This document shows positions 36,341 to 47,884 of a stretch of 64,000 bases of DNA, one piece after another; position 1 is the first letter of the stretch, and each line of letters opens with the position of its first letter. The stretch is from Camelus dromedarius (taxonomy: Eukaryota): assembly GCF_036321535.1 (NCBI RefSeq), contig NC_087463.1:5580001-5644000 (forward strand). Direction: 5' to 3'. Under the pieces are notes generated by a model. It searched no databases. It was not told where the DNA came from and saw nothing but the letters and a program-made list of their open reading frames with translations. The position numbers were made by a program, and so were the translations under genes.

Positions 36341-39300
36341 GTTCCATCTTAATTTAAATCAAGATCGCTCATTGCGCATCGCCCCTGAGCTGTTCATTAT
36401 GTAGGTGATGGGGTGTGAGATCCTATCTCCACACCCTAGCGCCTGTGGAGAGCTTTGACGAAGCGGGAAGAGCATGTGCGCTACACTGAAGTTCGACAAT
36501 TTAACTGACAGAGGCGTCTGAGTGTGGGGAAACCTCTGAGCTCTTTGTGGAAGGATCGGAGGAGCCCTGAAGGAAGAGAAGGCATTACAGGACCTCCCAA
36601 GACTCTATTGAGAGCGTTTCCAGTTCCACAGCAGCTGCTAGCTCAACATGAGGCAAAGCCCAGTTGTCACAGAGCTGAGAGGTTCAAAGTCAATCCAGCT
36701 GAGGCTGCAGAAGGACATAAAGGACTGTTGCTAAGGAGCTGTTCATTCCTGCCAGGGAGATGTCAGGGAAGTGAGGGCCAGAGTAATCGGGAAGTCTCTG
36801 TGAGGAGACGGCATGGCACATGCTTAGATACAGGAAGATAGACATTTCTAGAATCAGGGAGGATCATGGAAGAACCAGTAATTAATCAATATGGCTTGGA
36901 ACAAGCGATGAGCAGCTCTAAATCTATCCTCTACCCAAGGACAGGCTCCACCGCAGGCAGAAAAGACGTGAAGACATGACACCTTCCTTTGCACCAAGGC
37001 ACTGAATTTTTTTTTTAATATGAAAAATTTAAAAAAAAACTCCAGATGGATTTTAAACACAGCAGGGAACTGGGCGGTGTGATGGCAGATGGCTATTTCA
37101 GCTGCACATGGGTAAAAATAATTTCAACTCCCCAATACCCAGGACTGCTCTGAACTCATGAAAACCTCTTCAGGAAGAGCACTGTGTGATGGACACAGCA
37201 GGGAGCTGCAGCAGAGGGGGTCCGGGGCTCGGAGCTCCCTGACAGGACGGGACCTGCTGCTGCTGGGGCAGCCGCTCCCAGACCGCTCCGGGAGGCTTCC
37301 GCCTCAGCAGACTTGTCAGGGCTCACGTTCAACTTTAGCCCAGCCTGAGATGAGTTTTCTGGCTTTCTTCCTCGATGAGTCCACTTGAGGGCTAGGTGTG
37401 TGGCTGTGAGATGAGGCCATTGGGAAGCAGAAACAATCTGAAGGGTGTAGCAGTGAGTGTGTGCTCACTGCGGGGAAGGTGGCCCCAGAGGAGGGCAGGG
37501 TGGTGACTCTGAAAGTTGACACTTCTGGGTGTCTGATGGCTGTGGAGTTTGCCAGACTGGCTTTCCTGGGGCAGGCTGGATGGCCCCTTTGTCCCTCTGA
37601 CTGTCACCTTCTGAAACACTAATCTCTTGTCACACTGCTGTAGAGGCCACAGGAATGAGCTGATCTCTGGAGTCAGCCAGGCCACCAGCAGCACCATGAA
37701 TCAGACACTCTAGGGGTCTAGCGCCAGGGACCAGACAGGGATAAGTAAGTGTCTACATCCCCTAGGAGGTTAAGTTCCATAGGAATAATCTAGACAGAAG
37801 CTGTTGGCTGGTCGGTGTCTGGTCCAAGGTCCAGAAGGTCAAAGGTACAGACAGGAGACCCCGAGGTGAGTTCTGACCCTAAACAGAGACATTGCTTCCT
37901 GCCTGTGTAATAGGTCCTGGTGCTTAGGACCACGTTCATTCATGATGGGCACCATGGCTTCCTGGACAAGATGGACTTGGCTGGGCAGTATGCTAAGGGC
38001 ACATTAGCTACCGAAGGACACAAGTCACAACAACACAACAGAGAGGCTGGGGACACACTGTGACATCAAGGGAAATGAGGTGCTAGAAAGGTATCATTTA
38101 CTTGTGTCCCATCCAGGTTGGCCTCCCTGTTTAAGGGTGGAGGATGAGGAGGGCAGGGTCATATATGCAGTGGTGACCCTCAGCAAGAAGTCTCTCCAAG
38201 TGGACTCAAGGGATCCCAAGATCAAGACCAACCTCAAGGAGAAGCAGGTGGTGGGGTCTGGTTTAGTCTGGACTGGGGCTCAGTTTCAGCCCAAGAAGAA
38301 TGAAGAGTGTGCCTTTCTTCACCCATCACACCACTGAGGGCGAAGCAGAGAAATGTTAACAAAGGATATTGTAACTTTACTGGTTCAGAAAGAGACTAGA
38401 ATGGCTACTTGTGTTTATGTGTGGTTGGAGGAAGGATACTGGGGGCCTGAGATTCTGGTCCTCCCTTCTCTCGCTCTCATCAGCCTTGTCTGCCATCCGG
38501 TGGGGAGGGGAGGGCGTCTCCCTCAAGAGGCCACATGTGACATCCTCCACTTGCTGCTTGTCAATCTCACTTCTTAGTTCTGTCCCCAAGACAACCACAG
38601 ACACTCTCCCGTGACGCCCTCGCTCCCTGACTTCCCTCCACGATCAGCGTCAGCCACCAGCAAAGCAGTGCCTTCCGCCCCCGAATGGCAGCTAGGCAGA
38701 ACACGGGGGACAGAGGAGGCCATCGGGCATGAAGAGACACTCACGTAATGTGGGTTGGGGGGTTGGCTGCCCCTTATGGCCGAGTCAGGGTGGGCATCGC
38801 TGAAGCTGTCCAACGTGGTAGGTCAAGGAACCGTGTGGAGGCGGAGGCTCTGGGGAGAAGCACAGGTGAGGAGAGGGGAGCACAGTCACAGATCTGGGGT
38901 TTCCTCAGAGGCCCCCGACAGGGCTGTCGGTGTCACTGCGTAGCATCCTTAGAGGGACTTGGAGTTAATTTGCATTTCACATCCCTTTTCATAATAAAAG
39001 CAAACACTTCGATTATGAGATTTTCTAGACAAATCCTTTCATCTTGTAAATTTAAAAATAAGACCCAGAGAAGAGGTATAATTTGTTCGTGGCAGATCCA
39101 TGGCCTGTACAGGGTTGGTGGTCCCAGGCTCTGGTCCATATATGTCCTTCGTCATTAGCTCAGCCCTTCGGTGGGCTTGAAAGATACAGCGGACAGAGGA
39201 GAGTGAAATGGGCCCTAGCAAACCCTGTGTGACTGTCTGACCTGGAAGGCCAGGGCCTCCTCTCCTTGTTACAGACCAGGCGAGTGACTCCGGTGTCCTT

Positions 39301-39469
39301 CCCACAAAGTGGCTGGCTCTTCTGTCCCCCATGCTCCTTTCTTCCCTGCCTGAGTGAGGTCTTCCCTCTTCCTTTCTTCATCCCCCAGTGCCCTGGAGCT
39401 GGAGTCTTGCTCATAATATTCATATCACCTGAGTCCACACCACATGCCCTTCACACACTGTGGATTCAG

Positions 39470-40610
39470 CCGCGGACACCGCAGACAAAGGTCCTGTTCT
39501 CAGGGAGCTAATATTCTGGTGGGGAGATACAGTCAAACACAAATAAAGATGAACTGAGGAGGTGTTGGGTGCTGTAGGGAAAGTAAAACAGGGCAGAGGG
39601 ACCAGGAGTGCTGGTGGCAGGTGGGAAATATGTTAGACAAGGTATAAGGGAAGGCTTGAGGGACAACACGTGAGCAGCAACTTGGAGGAGGGGAGGAGAC
39701 CTGCCACCAGCACACCTGGGACAGGTGCATTTATGGGCAGAAGGCAGCAGCACATGAAAAAGACGTGGGTGGTGGTGATACAGGAAAAATGGGGCTCCAG
39801 AGGATGGCCATGCCCCAGGGCCCAGGCAAGTCCCCGGGATGCACCCCATCAGGCGAGAGTCCTTGGCTTCTCACAGGAAAGAATTCAAGAGTGAGTCATA
39901 GCTGAGTAAAAGTGGATTTATTCAGAGAGATTCATACTCCATAGACAGAATGAAGGCTGTGTCAAAAGGCAAGAAAGCAGGCGAGAGAGAGAGAGTCCCA
40001 GGATGCGGGGCTGTTAGTTCTTGTGGGCTGGGTAACTTCACGTGCTAACCACTGGGAGGACTGCTCCCACTGCTTTGGGGAAGGGGCTGGGATTCCCAGG
40101 AGCTGGACCGTCACCCACTGTTTGACCTTTTATGCTCAGCCTGGGGACTGCCCCGGCACCTGTGGGAGAGCCACTTAGCATGCCGTCGTGTTTCAGTGAG
40201 CGTATAACGAAGCCCAAGGTCTAGTGGGAGTTGAATCTTCCACCATCTTGGTGCTAATTGCTGTGTTTCTCTTTTGGTGGCTGTGCCCTGCCCCCTCCTC
40301 CCCTTTTGTCCCAGTGGCTTGCCCTGCACGTTGGAGAAGCAGCCAGGGGCTGGGATGGGAGGCTGGGACTGTGAAGTGAGCCAAAGGATAAGTAGTAACA
40401 GATGAAGCCAGAGCAGGAGGCCATGACAGGGCTTTGACTTGGAGCAAGATGGCAGCTGCGGGGCGGTTTAAGCTTAGCGGGATCTGTCACCTTAATAGGA
40501 CCACCTGGCTGCAGTGTCGGGGGAGGGACAGGAAGGAAGAGTATGTTCAGGCAACAGTAGTAATCAAGGTCAGGGGTGACGGTGACCTGGATCGGAGTAG
40601 ACCAGGGCTC
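39470..40610 (-). mobile_element. L2a fragment (39470-39775 and 40318-40610) interrupted by an LTR
   Basis: CTGTTCTCAGGGAGCTAATATTCTGGTGGGGAGATACAG on the left; continues ..GGACCACCTGGCTGCAGTG..GTAATCAAGGTCAGGGGTGACGGTGACCTGGA on the right. Confidence 0.7.
39776..40313 (-). mobile_element. ERV1-class solo LTR (cetartiodactyl type) with perfect 4-bp TSD
   Basis: TGATAC...TGTCCCA ends; TSD GTGG at 39772-39775 and 40314-40317; minus-strand AATAAA at 39917-39922. Confidence 0.9.
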
Positions 40611-43489
40611 CCAAAGTTCCCAGCTCAAAAACTCCACTTTTCATTAAATAACCTCCCAGCATGATAGCAGTTACCATTGTAGTACTTGCTGATTGGGCCA
40701 ACACTTTATGTCCGCATTTCCAAATGAATGTTCCCACCGCAACAGCATTTACATGCATTTGAGGAGTCATACGTGGATGCGTGTACCATTGTTTGTTAGG
40801 TCTGCAGACTGTTCAATGAATAGATGGTTTCAGACCTCCTCCCACTTTGTGGTTCCAAAATACGCCACAGAACCTTTGCTCCCTCCCCTTTCCCATCGCC
40901 CTGGCCAGCCTAAGCCCGGCTTCCTCAGGCCTCTCTGCTAGGAAGGTCCAGTAAGCTCAGGTGGCCAGGGTGGCAGTGACAATGATGCTAACTGAGCAGG
41001 GATTCATGACTTGGAATTGATCCACAGCTGGGATTCAAAAGATCCAAAATCAGACCAAAATTATAAGCAAATAGGTGTGCATTTGTGCAATATGAGGTCA
41101 GCTTCCATTCACTTCTCAATGGTCCTTTACCAAGAAAAGGAGGGGGAAGTGGGGGCAGGAAGAAACCACAAGATAAATCCGTTACTCCTTTCAGATACTA
41201 GATATGTTTTCACAGGGACTTTCAAGGCTTAACCCCTAACCATGAGCACCAGATGGTGGGGGGGCAGACATTTAAAAACCCAACCAAGAAAGACCCACGT
41301 AATCTATAGACAGAAATGTAACATCTCTGATTCCAGAAAGACAACTTTCTTTCCCTCCTAAAATCGACCTTGAACCCAGCCTCTAACATGCTCAAAAAAA
41401 AAAAAAAAAAAAGTGTTCCCATCCGAGAAATAACACAAAGGCAAGATCATTCAGAAGGAACCCGAGTATTTGGAGCAATAAATAAATAAATAATCCATCC
41501 AAAGCCAGTATGCTGCCTTTGGATAAATTATGCTTGATTTGAAGGTCAAGAGCGTTACAATGCACTGCTTTACTGAGGTGCATGAAAGCTGAAGCGTGTG
41601 GTTTGGTAGGAGAATTTGCAGGGTATAATTATGCACCCCTTCAACATCCCCGCTGCCTTCCACGTGACGAGGAACAATGTGCCACAGTGCTGCACCGTCA
41701 AAGCAGTAATTTACAAGAGTCAGCAATTCCACAGGGCAGGTAGGCAGTATTTCAAAATGGGGAAAGGGAGCCGGGGGGATGGAGGCGGGGAGCCAGCAGA
41801 TCAATTTACAAAGATCCTGTTTCTCTGCCACTCTGTTGACCTTTCAGGCAAGACCTAATGCCAATTAGCTCAGTTATAAAGTCCATAATTCTTGTGGGGA
41901 AGGCCGTGTGTAGCACACGATCATTTTACAACGTTTGCCCTAATTTGCAGCCCCCAAACATGCACTCCTGGGGCCGCAAGGTGGGTGTGGGGGCAGTGTG
42001 TTGGCAAGCCCTGGGAGCAGCTGGAAGGGATCACAGAGCACAATTACTGTCTGCGCATGGCCACATCTGGAAAACAGCTCTGCGCTGGCTTTAAAACAGC
42101 ATTAATGAAGAATGGAACCTTGTGCTGGGAAAGACGGGGTTGCGGAGGGGGGAGTGATAGGAGGAAATGAGGGGGGCGCCCTTCTGCCCAACTTGGTGGG
42201 GATGAAAAGACAACAAAGAAAACAGCGGTCAGGGTATAAGACCAAATCCAGGGAGAAGAGGGTGTTGACAGGAAAGGGGGAGGCGGGGAGATGCTGCGAC
42301 TTCAGGGAGCGGTCTCTAATCTTCCTCGTGTTTGCCAACTTCAAAGCCGGGTATCCATGCAGGACTGGCCCTTTTTTTTGCATTGATTGAGCAGACATTT
42401 GTCGACGGTGTGAGATTTCAGTGGTATCTGGAAGACTCTCAACTGAAACAATGTACCCCACGAGCACCAAATTCTACCACTAAACGTTCAGTCCTTCAGT
42501 CAAGGGGTCCCTTCTCCTGACGTGGATTTGAAAATGCAAATGTACCTGCTTCCTGTAGGGTCCCAGGCACAGAGTAGCTGCTCAATAAGTCTTTGTTGAC
42601 TAGAACTGAACAGAATGAGCTGAAAAAGTCATTTGGTGACTGTGACCAAATTAATTTATATCTCTGGTTTCTCAGCTATAAGGGCTCCCCCAGACCAATG
42701 ATTCTCCATGTGAGGGGCAGAGAGAAGGGGTAGCGGGTCTTTCCAAGGGGGTAAATCAAATCCATGGGGAGGGGAGAAGGTAGCATTTGTGGGTTGAGAA
42801 AGAACATTCAATGGTATAATATAGTTTTGTATTTGGAAAGCCAGAGTCTGCTCCTAATACAAGAGGCTTCCCTAATATAATCCACAGAAGAAAATTGCTC
42901 AACAGACTCTTCCTGGCTGCTGAGGATTCATAAACTGACCTTAGAATTCAAAATGGGCATTTCCCATCTCACCCAAAATCAGAGCAGCTCCAGATCTCCC
43001 CGGGAAGGAGGCGGATCTCTTTTATCATGGGGCCAAAAAGGCTGAGGGGCTCTGAGGAGAGGGGTTTGGTGCCTCCAGCTCTGATCATCTCCATTGGGCT
43101 CTTTCATGCTCCTTCATTAAAACAGCAGCTGTTTGGGTTCCCGGGGATGAAGGTATCCTTAAAGGGACAGCAAGGACACATTGCAGAGGAAACAGGGAGG
43201 TGTAAGCAGGCGTCACTCTTCTGGCTTTTGTGCTTGCTTCTCTGCCTGCCCAATATGCATCTTTGGCATCGCTTAGGGCTGTAGAGAGCGTGGCCCAACT
43301 TAGCATTTGTCTTACGGTTTGCGTGAAAACCCCAAAGGCCAGCCCACAGACCTGTAGAGGTCAAAGGAACCTTACCTTCCCCTACCTTTGAGACAGAAGT
43401 TCCCCATCCATGTCTCTACAGGGCACCCTGCACCTTCTGTTTATATACTTCCAGTAAAACCTAGCAACTAAGACCTTCAAGCAACCCCG

Positions 43490-43630
43490 GGTTCAAGCCC
43501 TCCCTCAGCCATCCACCAGCAAAGTGACCTTGGCCAATTAATCTTTCTATGTCTGGTTTCCTTTTTAGTAAAATGAAGATCATAGTACCCACCTCATGCG
43601 ATGATCGTGAGGATTAAATGAGATAATATG
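43490..43630 (+). mobile_element. MIR
   Basis: GTGACCTTGGCCAATT..GTAAAATGAAGATCATAGTACCCACCTCAT..GTGAGGATTAAATGAGATAAT. Confidence 0.8.
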
Positions 43631-44488
43631 TGTCTCTGTGTTTCTCTGCTGCTTGGAATTCTAACTGTCTATTTATGTAACGCAATTTGCATTTATTTAC
43701 GTATGACCTTACACGCAGTCTGCGTGTGGTCACACTCAGGATAAGGTGAACGTGACGTGGGCGGTTACTTCTGCTTGGAGTCGACCCCTCCCCTGAAGGG
43801 CCCAGAGAGGGGGATGTTGGGGTCGCTTCCTCAGTCCTGAGAGCACACTGCTTCTCTGTGCCTTCACCAATGTCAAGTATGAAAAGTTTGTACATATGAG
43901 AATTCCTTAAAATACTCTTACCAAACAAAGCATTCCTTACATGTTCCAAATAAGCCCAGAATGACACGTATACAGACCTGAGCGTTGCCAGCTTTGGGCT
44001 CTAATGAAATATAGCATCGCATCCTCACATGGTGAATGCTGCCCCCTGGAAGCACTGCCCACAGATGTTGAGCCCCTCACCCAGATGACAGTTCATCAGA
44101 TACGTGACAGCCGCTACCTCGTGCCCTCATCACTCTCACCCTTGTCAGCGTTTCTCCATGCTTCTCTTTACCCCTCCCTAACAGCTCCCACCACCGCGGT
44201 GTTCTCTGTGCCAACTTAAAAAGGGGATGCAAGCTTAGGCCCACCGCTGAGCCCCGTTATTGTGTCTAAGTTGGCACTTACTTTCCAGCCAGCCCTGTCA
44301 TGCTGTGAACTCAGGGGCCAAAGCGCAGAACTTCCTCAGGAAAAGGCACTTGGAAATAGGCTGGGGCCACTGGGCTTGACCCACACTCTCCTCTCGCCCC
44401 CCCCCCAAAATGTCCCCAAGTCTGCTTCCTTCAGAGTCCCGATTCCCAGCTTCTCTGGACTTGAATTATGGCCATGAGAAGTTCTCAC

Positions 44489-44592
44489 CTTCATAAGACA
44501 TGTCAGAGGCCCCGCTCACTGGGTCTGGGGTGCACGGGTCAGCACACCCCAGTGTGGCTTCCTCTCCCGTCATTCTTTCTGGTGAGCTTTCT
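44489..44592 (-). CDS. Candidate second exon (104 nt, phase 2 to 1), unidentified
   Basis: Acceptor CTCCTTGTGCTTCAAACAG, donor GAAG|GTGAGA; open and in frame with the 46891-47015 candidate (ESSPERMTGEEATLGCADPCTPDPVSGASDMSYE). No recognisable homology. Confidence 0.15.
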
Positions 44593-46549
44593 CTGTTTGA
44601 AGCACAAGGAGCCACAGGTTCCTGCCAACTTAATTCCTCTTGCTTAGAGACTATTCACACTTCTAAAGCAGGTGAGGCCCAGAGGGGAGTCCACCCCAGC
44701 TCCTCATGAGTACAGACCCGTGAGGGTGCCCTCCCCACAGCTCCCAAGGGGCTGTAAAAGGCTGAAACCATCCTGTGTCTGGGGATTTGGGTATTTCCAA
44801 GAGTGACACAGGTATAAACCAATCTGATTGTCCCTGGCCAGGGTGAGCATCAGAGACACTCGGAAACGCTCTGAGTCATTATGGATAATTCCCACTCCTG
44901 GCCCAGCGCCCACCTCCCTGCCCCATCTCCTGTGATTCTTTCCAGCCACTCTGTTCACTCGCTTTCCCTCTTGCTCTACATTTCTCATCTCTCTTTCTCC
45001 TCTGCCCGTCCGAGTCCTGCCTGTCCTCAGGGCTCAGTCCAAGTGCCACCTCCTCTGTGACTCCCTGAGGACCCCACCTGGAAGTGAGCTCACGCTCTCT
45101 GAATGGCCATGCCTTGCATCACTAGTACGACCCTGCCCCGGACGGCGTTAAGCTGTGAATCTGGTTTACGCCACCCCACCCCAATGGAACTGCGGGACCT
45201 TGCATATTAGGCACCCCGCAGAGAAGGTGGAAAGGAGAAAGGAAAGAGCTGAGGAAGATGGCCTCCGGATGACCCTCCTGGGCTGTGAGTGTGTTTCTCA
45301 GCAGCAGCACAAGGGTGGTTAGGAATTGGGGAAGCTTAAAGTAGAGAAGAAAACACAAAGGCAGCGTCACCATGGCGGGATTGCACAGGTGCCACATGCT
45401 ATGTAGGGACTGATAATGAGTCTAGCCTCCCTGGGGTGGGGGGAGGGAGATTCGGAGCGGGAGCTGAAGCCAGTGACGGTCACCCATTCATGCTTGCACC
45501 TTGGAGAGCATGACAAGTTCTAATTCCCGAAAAGGGTCCATTTGGCCACAGACACCAAGGGGCAAGGTGTTATTGGTCACTGAGGATTGTCTTCCCAAGC
45601 AGTCATCAAATATTCCTAGTTTCCCTATATGCCCAGCACCGTACCGGGCAGACTAAGGGACACGAGGAACGACGGAGGAAGCATAAACAGCGCCTTCAGA
45701 GAGCTTGCGATGTAAAGGGAAAGGTGAACCCCTCAGACAGCCATGATGCTGGAGAAGGAATGCTGAGTCAGGTGGAGGGTCAAGGCGCTGAGCATCCCTA
45801 AGTTTCGGAGAGGAGAGCGGTGGAGAGCAAAAGGCATGGTTGAAGTTGAGCCCCTTAATCCGATGGGAAGAAAGTGGGATTTGGGTGGAGCCCTGACGAC
45901 GACACAGAGCGGGCTGGATAACAGGGAACAAGACGACGCGTTAAAATGGGTCCGTGGGCTTAGCTCCACTCAGCAGAGAGGAGGGCTGTGCGAGGCAGCC
46001 GAAGTGGGAGAAAACACCAGAAGGACCCTCTGGCCAGCTTGAGGAAGGCTCCAGGGTCCAGTCAGGATGCTCTGGTTTCGTTTTCCAAGGAAGCAGGAGG
46101 ACGGGCATCCCAGCTTCCCAGCAGACAAAGCCCTGAGGTATGAAGCGTGCCTGGCCCTTCCACTCTCCTCCCAAGTACTTTCATCCCGGGTTTGTCTCAG
46201 GGTCTTCCCTCGTTAGCTTTCCCATCACTCTCCACCTTCTAAACGCGCGGTGTCGGTGCGCTGTGTGCCCTCTGACCAGATCACTCGCATCCGAGGGGCT
46301 GCTCTGCTTCCCGTGTCCTCTGTGGCGTGGACTCAGTCCTGGGCTCTGACTGGGATGTTGGACCCGCCGGAGTCCAGATACCATCTCTGCTGGCATGTCC
46401 AGACCCTCCGTCTCTGGACCACCTGTGAGCCACGCCCCTGCCAGCTCAGTCTCTCCTTGCCATTTGCCTGTTCACTCCGACCAGCCCGTGTTTGTCCGGC
46501 ATCCATGCTGTTGCCACAGAGACGGCACCTATCTGTGCGCAGTCTGGTC

Positions 46550-46680
46550 TGATAAGAGCTTTTACATACTTGATTCATTCACACCTCAGCAATCCAGCAG
46601 AGCTGTGTCACCCCTTTTCTCAAAATAAGGAACCTGAGACTCAGGGAGGCTAAATGGCTTTGTCCAAGACCAAAAGGTCC
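46550..46680 (-). mobile_element. MIR
   Basis: AAATAAGGAACCTGAGACTCAGGGAGGCTAAATGGCTTTGTCCAAG. Confidence 0.7.
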
Positions 46681-46890
46681 CTGACTTGCCATTGCTGCCC
46701 TACAGGTGAGGACCCCGTCCCCGCCGCGGGGACCTCCTCTCCACCCTGGGCTCCGTCCCCCGCCGCAGCTCTACCCTTGGTGCAGCTTCTCTCTCTCCTC
46801 CAGAGCCGCGGCCTCCGGGCCCCCTCCCGAGCCCTCTCCTCCCCCAGGACTAGCTGAAGAGTAGGGTCCTGATTCCTGGTGTCCCCTCAC

Positions 46891-47015
46891 CTTCCTGGCT
46901 GCCTCTGAAACAAACAGCACCCCTGCATCCTGCGGGACCTGACCCAGTGTCCCTGCAGAGGAACCAGAGGTGAATCGGGCAATGTGAAGGGACTCTGGCT
47001 GGAGTTAGACTCCAT
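46891..47015 (-). CDS. Candidate first coding exon of an unidentified transcript (41 codons + 2 nt)
   Basis: ATG in a strong Kozak context (AACATGG); MESNSSQSPFTLPDSPLVPLQGHWVRSRRMQGCCLFQRQPG; donor GAAG|GTGAGG at 46890; CpG-rich flank downstream. It may instead be non-coding or an internal exon. Confidence 0.25.
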
Positions 47016-47115
47016 GTTCTCTGAGGTGAGAATGAAGCTCAGCCGCAGGCTCAGATCCCGGGCCCCCAAAAGCTCCTCGTAGGGGCCTCCAAGCTCTGCT
47101 CTCTCTCAGTCCTGC

Positions 47116-47420
47116 TGGTCCCCACCCCTCTCCAGGAAGGATCTCTTTTATGCCAACTCTGGAAGTTTCGAATAACATGTTGTAGGTCCACCAGACACTC
47201 AGAGGACACCCGATTAGGCTGTTATTCTCAGAAAAAGTCAACATAGGTCCTTCCCTGACAGAGCAACACAGAGATAAGGCATTGTCCCTGTCACCCAGAT
47301 AGAAGTGGCAGCACAGGGCAGTTTGCAGTTAAGCCCCAACAAACAGCACAGATAGGCGTTCTGAGGACCGGAGGGAAGGGGTGGGGCGGCGCCGGGAGTC
47401 ACAGGGCGGGGCCCAGGCCT
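47116..47420 (-). promoter_or_regulatory. Candidate promoter driving leftward transcription
   Basis: CATAAAA (47146-47152), TTCTGAGAA STAT-type site (47225-47233), TGTTGAC (47237-47243) and TGTTTGTT (47338-47345) forkhead-type sites, AGATAA (47272-47277), GC boxes (47383-47389, 47404-47411). Confidence 0.4.
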
Positions 47421-47884
47421 GGCAGAAGGGTTTTACAGTTGAGAGTGCTTACAGGGGGTCATCCCAGCTGGGAACAGGTCAGGAAGGAGCAAGGTGTGTT
47501 TTGGAGACAGGGAAGAGGTCAGGCAAGATGAATCCAAGGGCAGAGTGCCTGTCTGGGGGCCCAGCTGGCAATCCAAGCAGGCAGCAGGAGGCCCGGGACT
47601 TCGCCCGATGGTCATCCTCCCTCCTCCTCTTCCCTACAGAGCGGCACAGTCTGGGAAGGTCCTGGCAAAATCAGTGAGCAGCTTGCCTTGTAGGGCTGAC
47701 ACAGGCCAGGTGTTCCAGGGGCCAGGGCAGGAGGTGATGGTGGTCACTGCTGCCAGACTGAGGTCACTTGGCTGCAACCCCCCCCCCCACCAGCCAAAGA
47801 GGCTGGGAGGAGGGACAGCTCCTGGAGGGGACATCTTTCCAGTCTCTACCTCAAGGACAGCCCGTGTGCTCACCAAGTAGAATT

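Noticed and set aside
14238-37880. Exact 16-bp repeat GGTGAGTTCTGACCCT at 14238 and 37865
   Set aside because: About one exact 16-mer pair is expected by chance in 64 kb; the flanks are unrelated.
43000-47420. Idea that the minus-strand unit is a known nested gene such as KCNMB1
   Set aside because: No matching coding exons found downstream.
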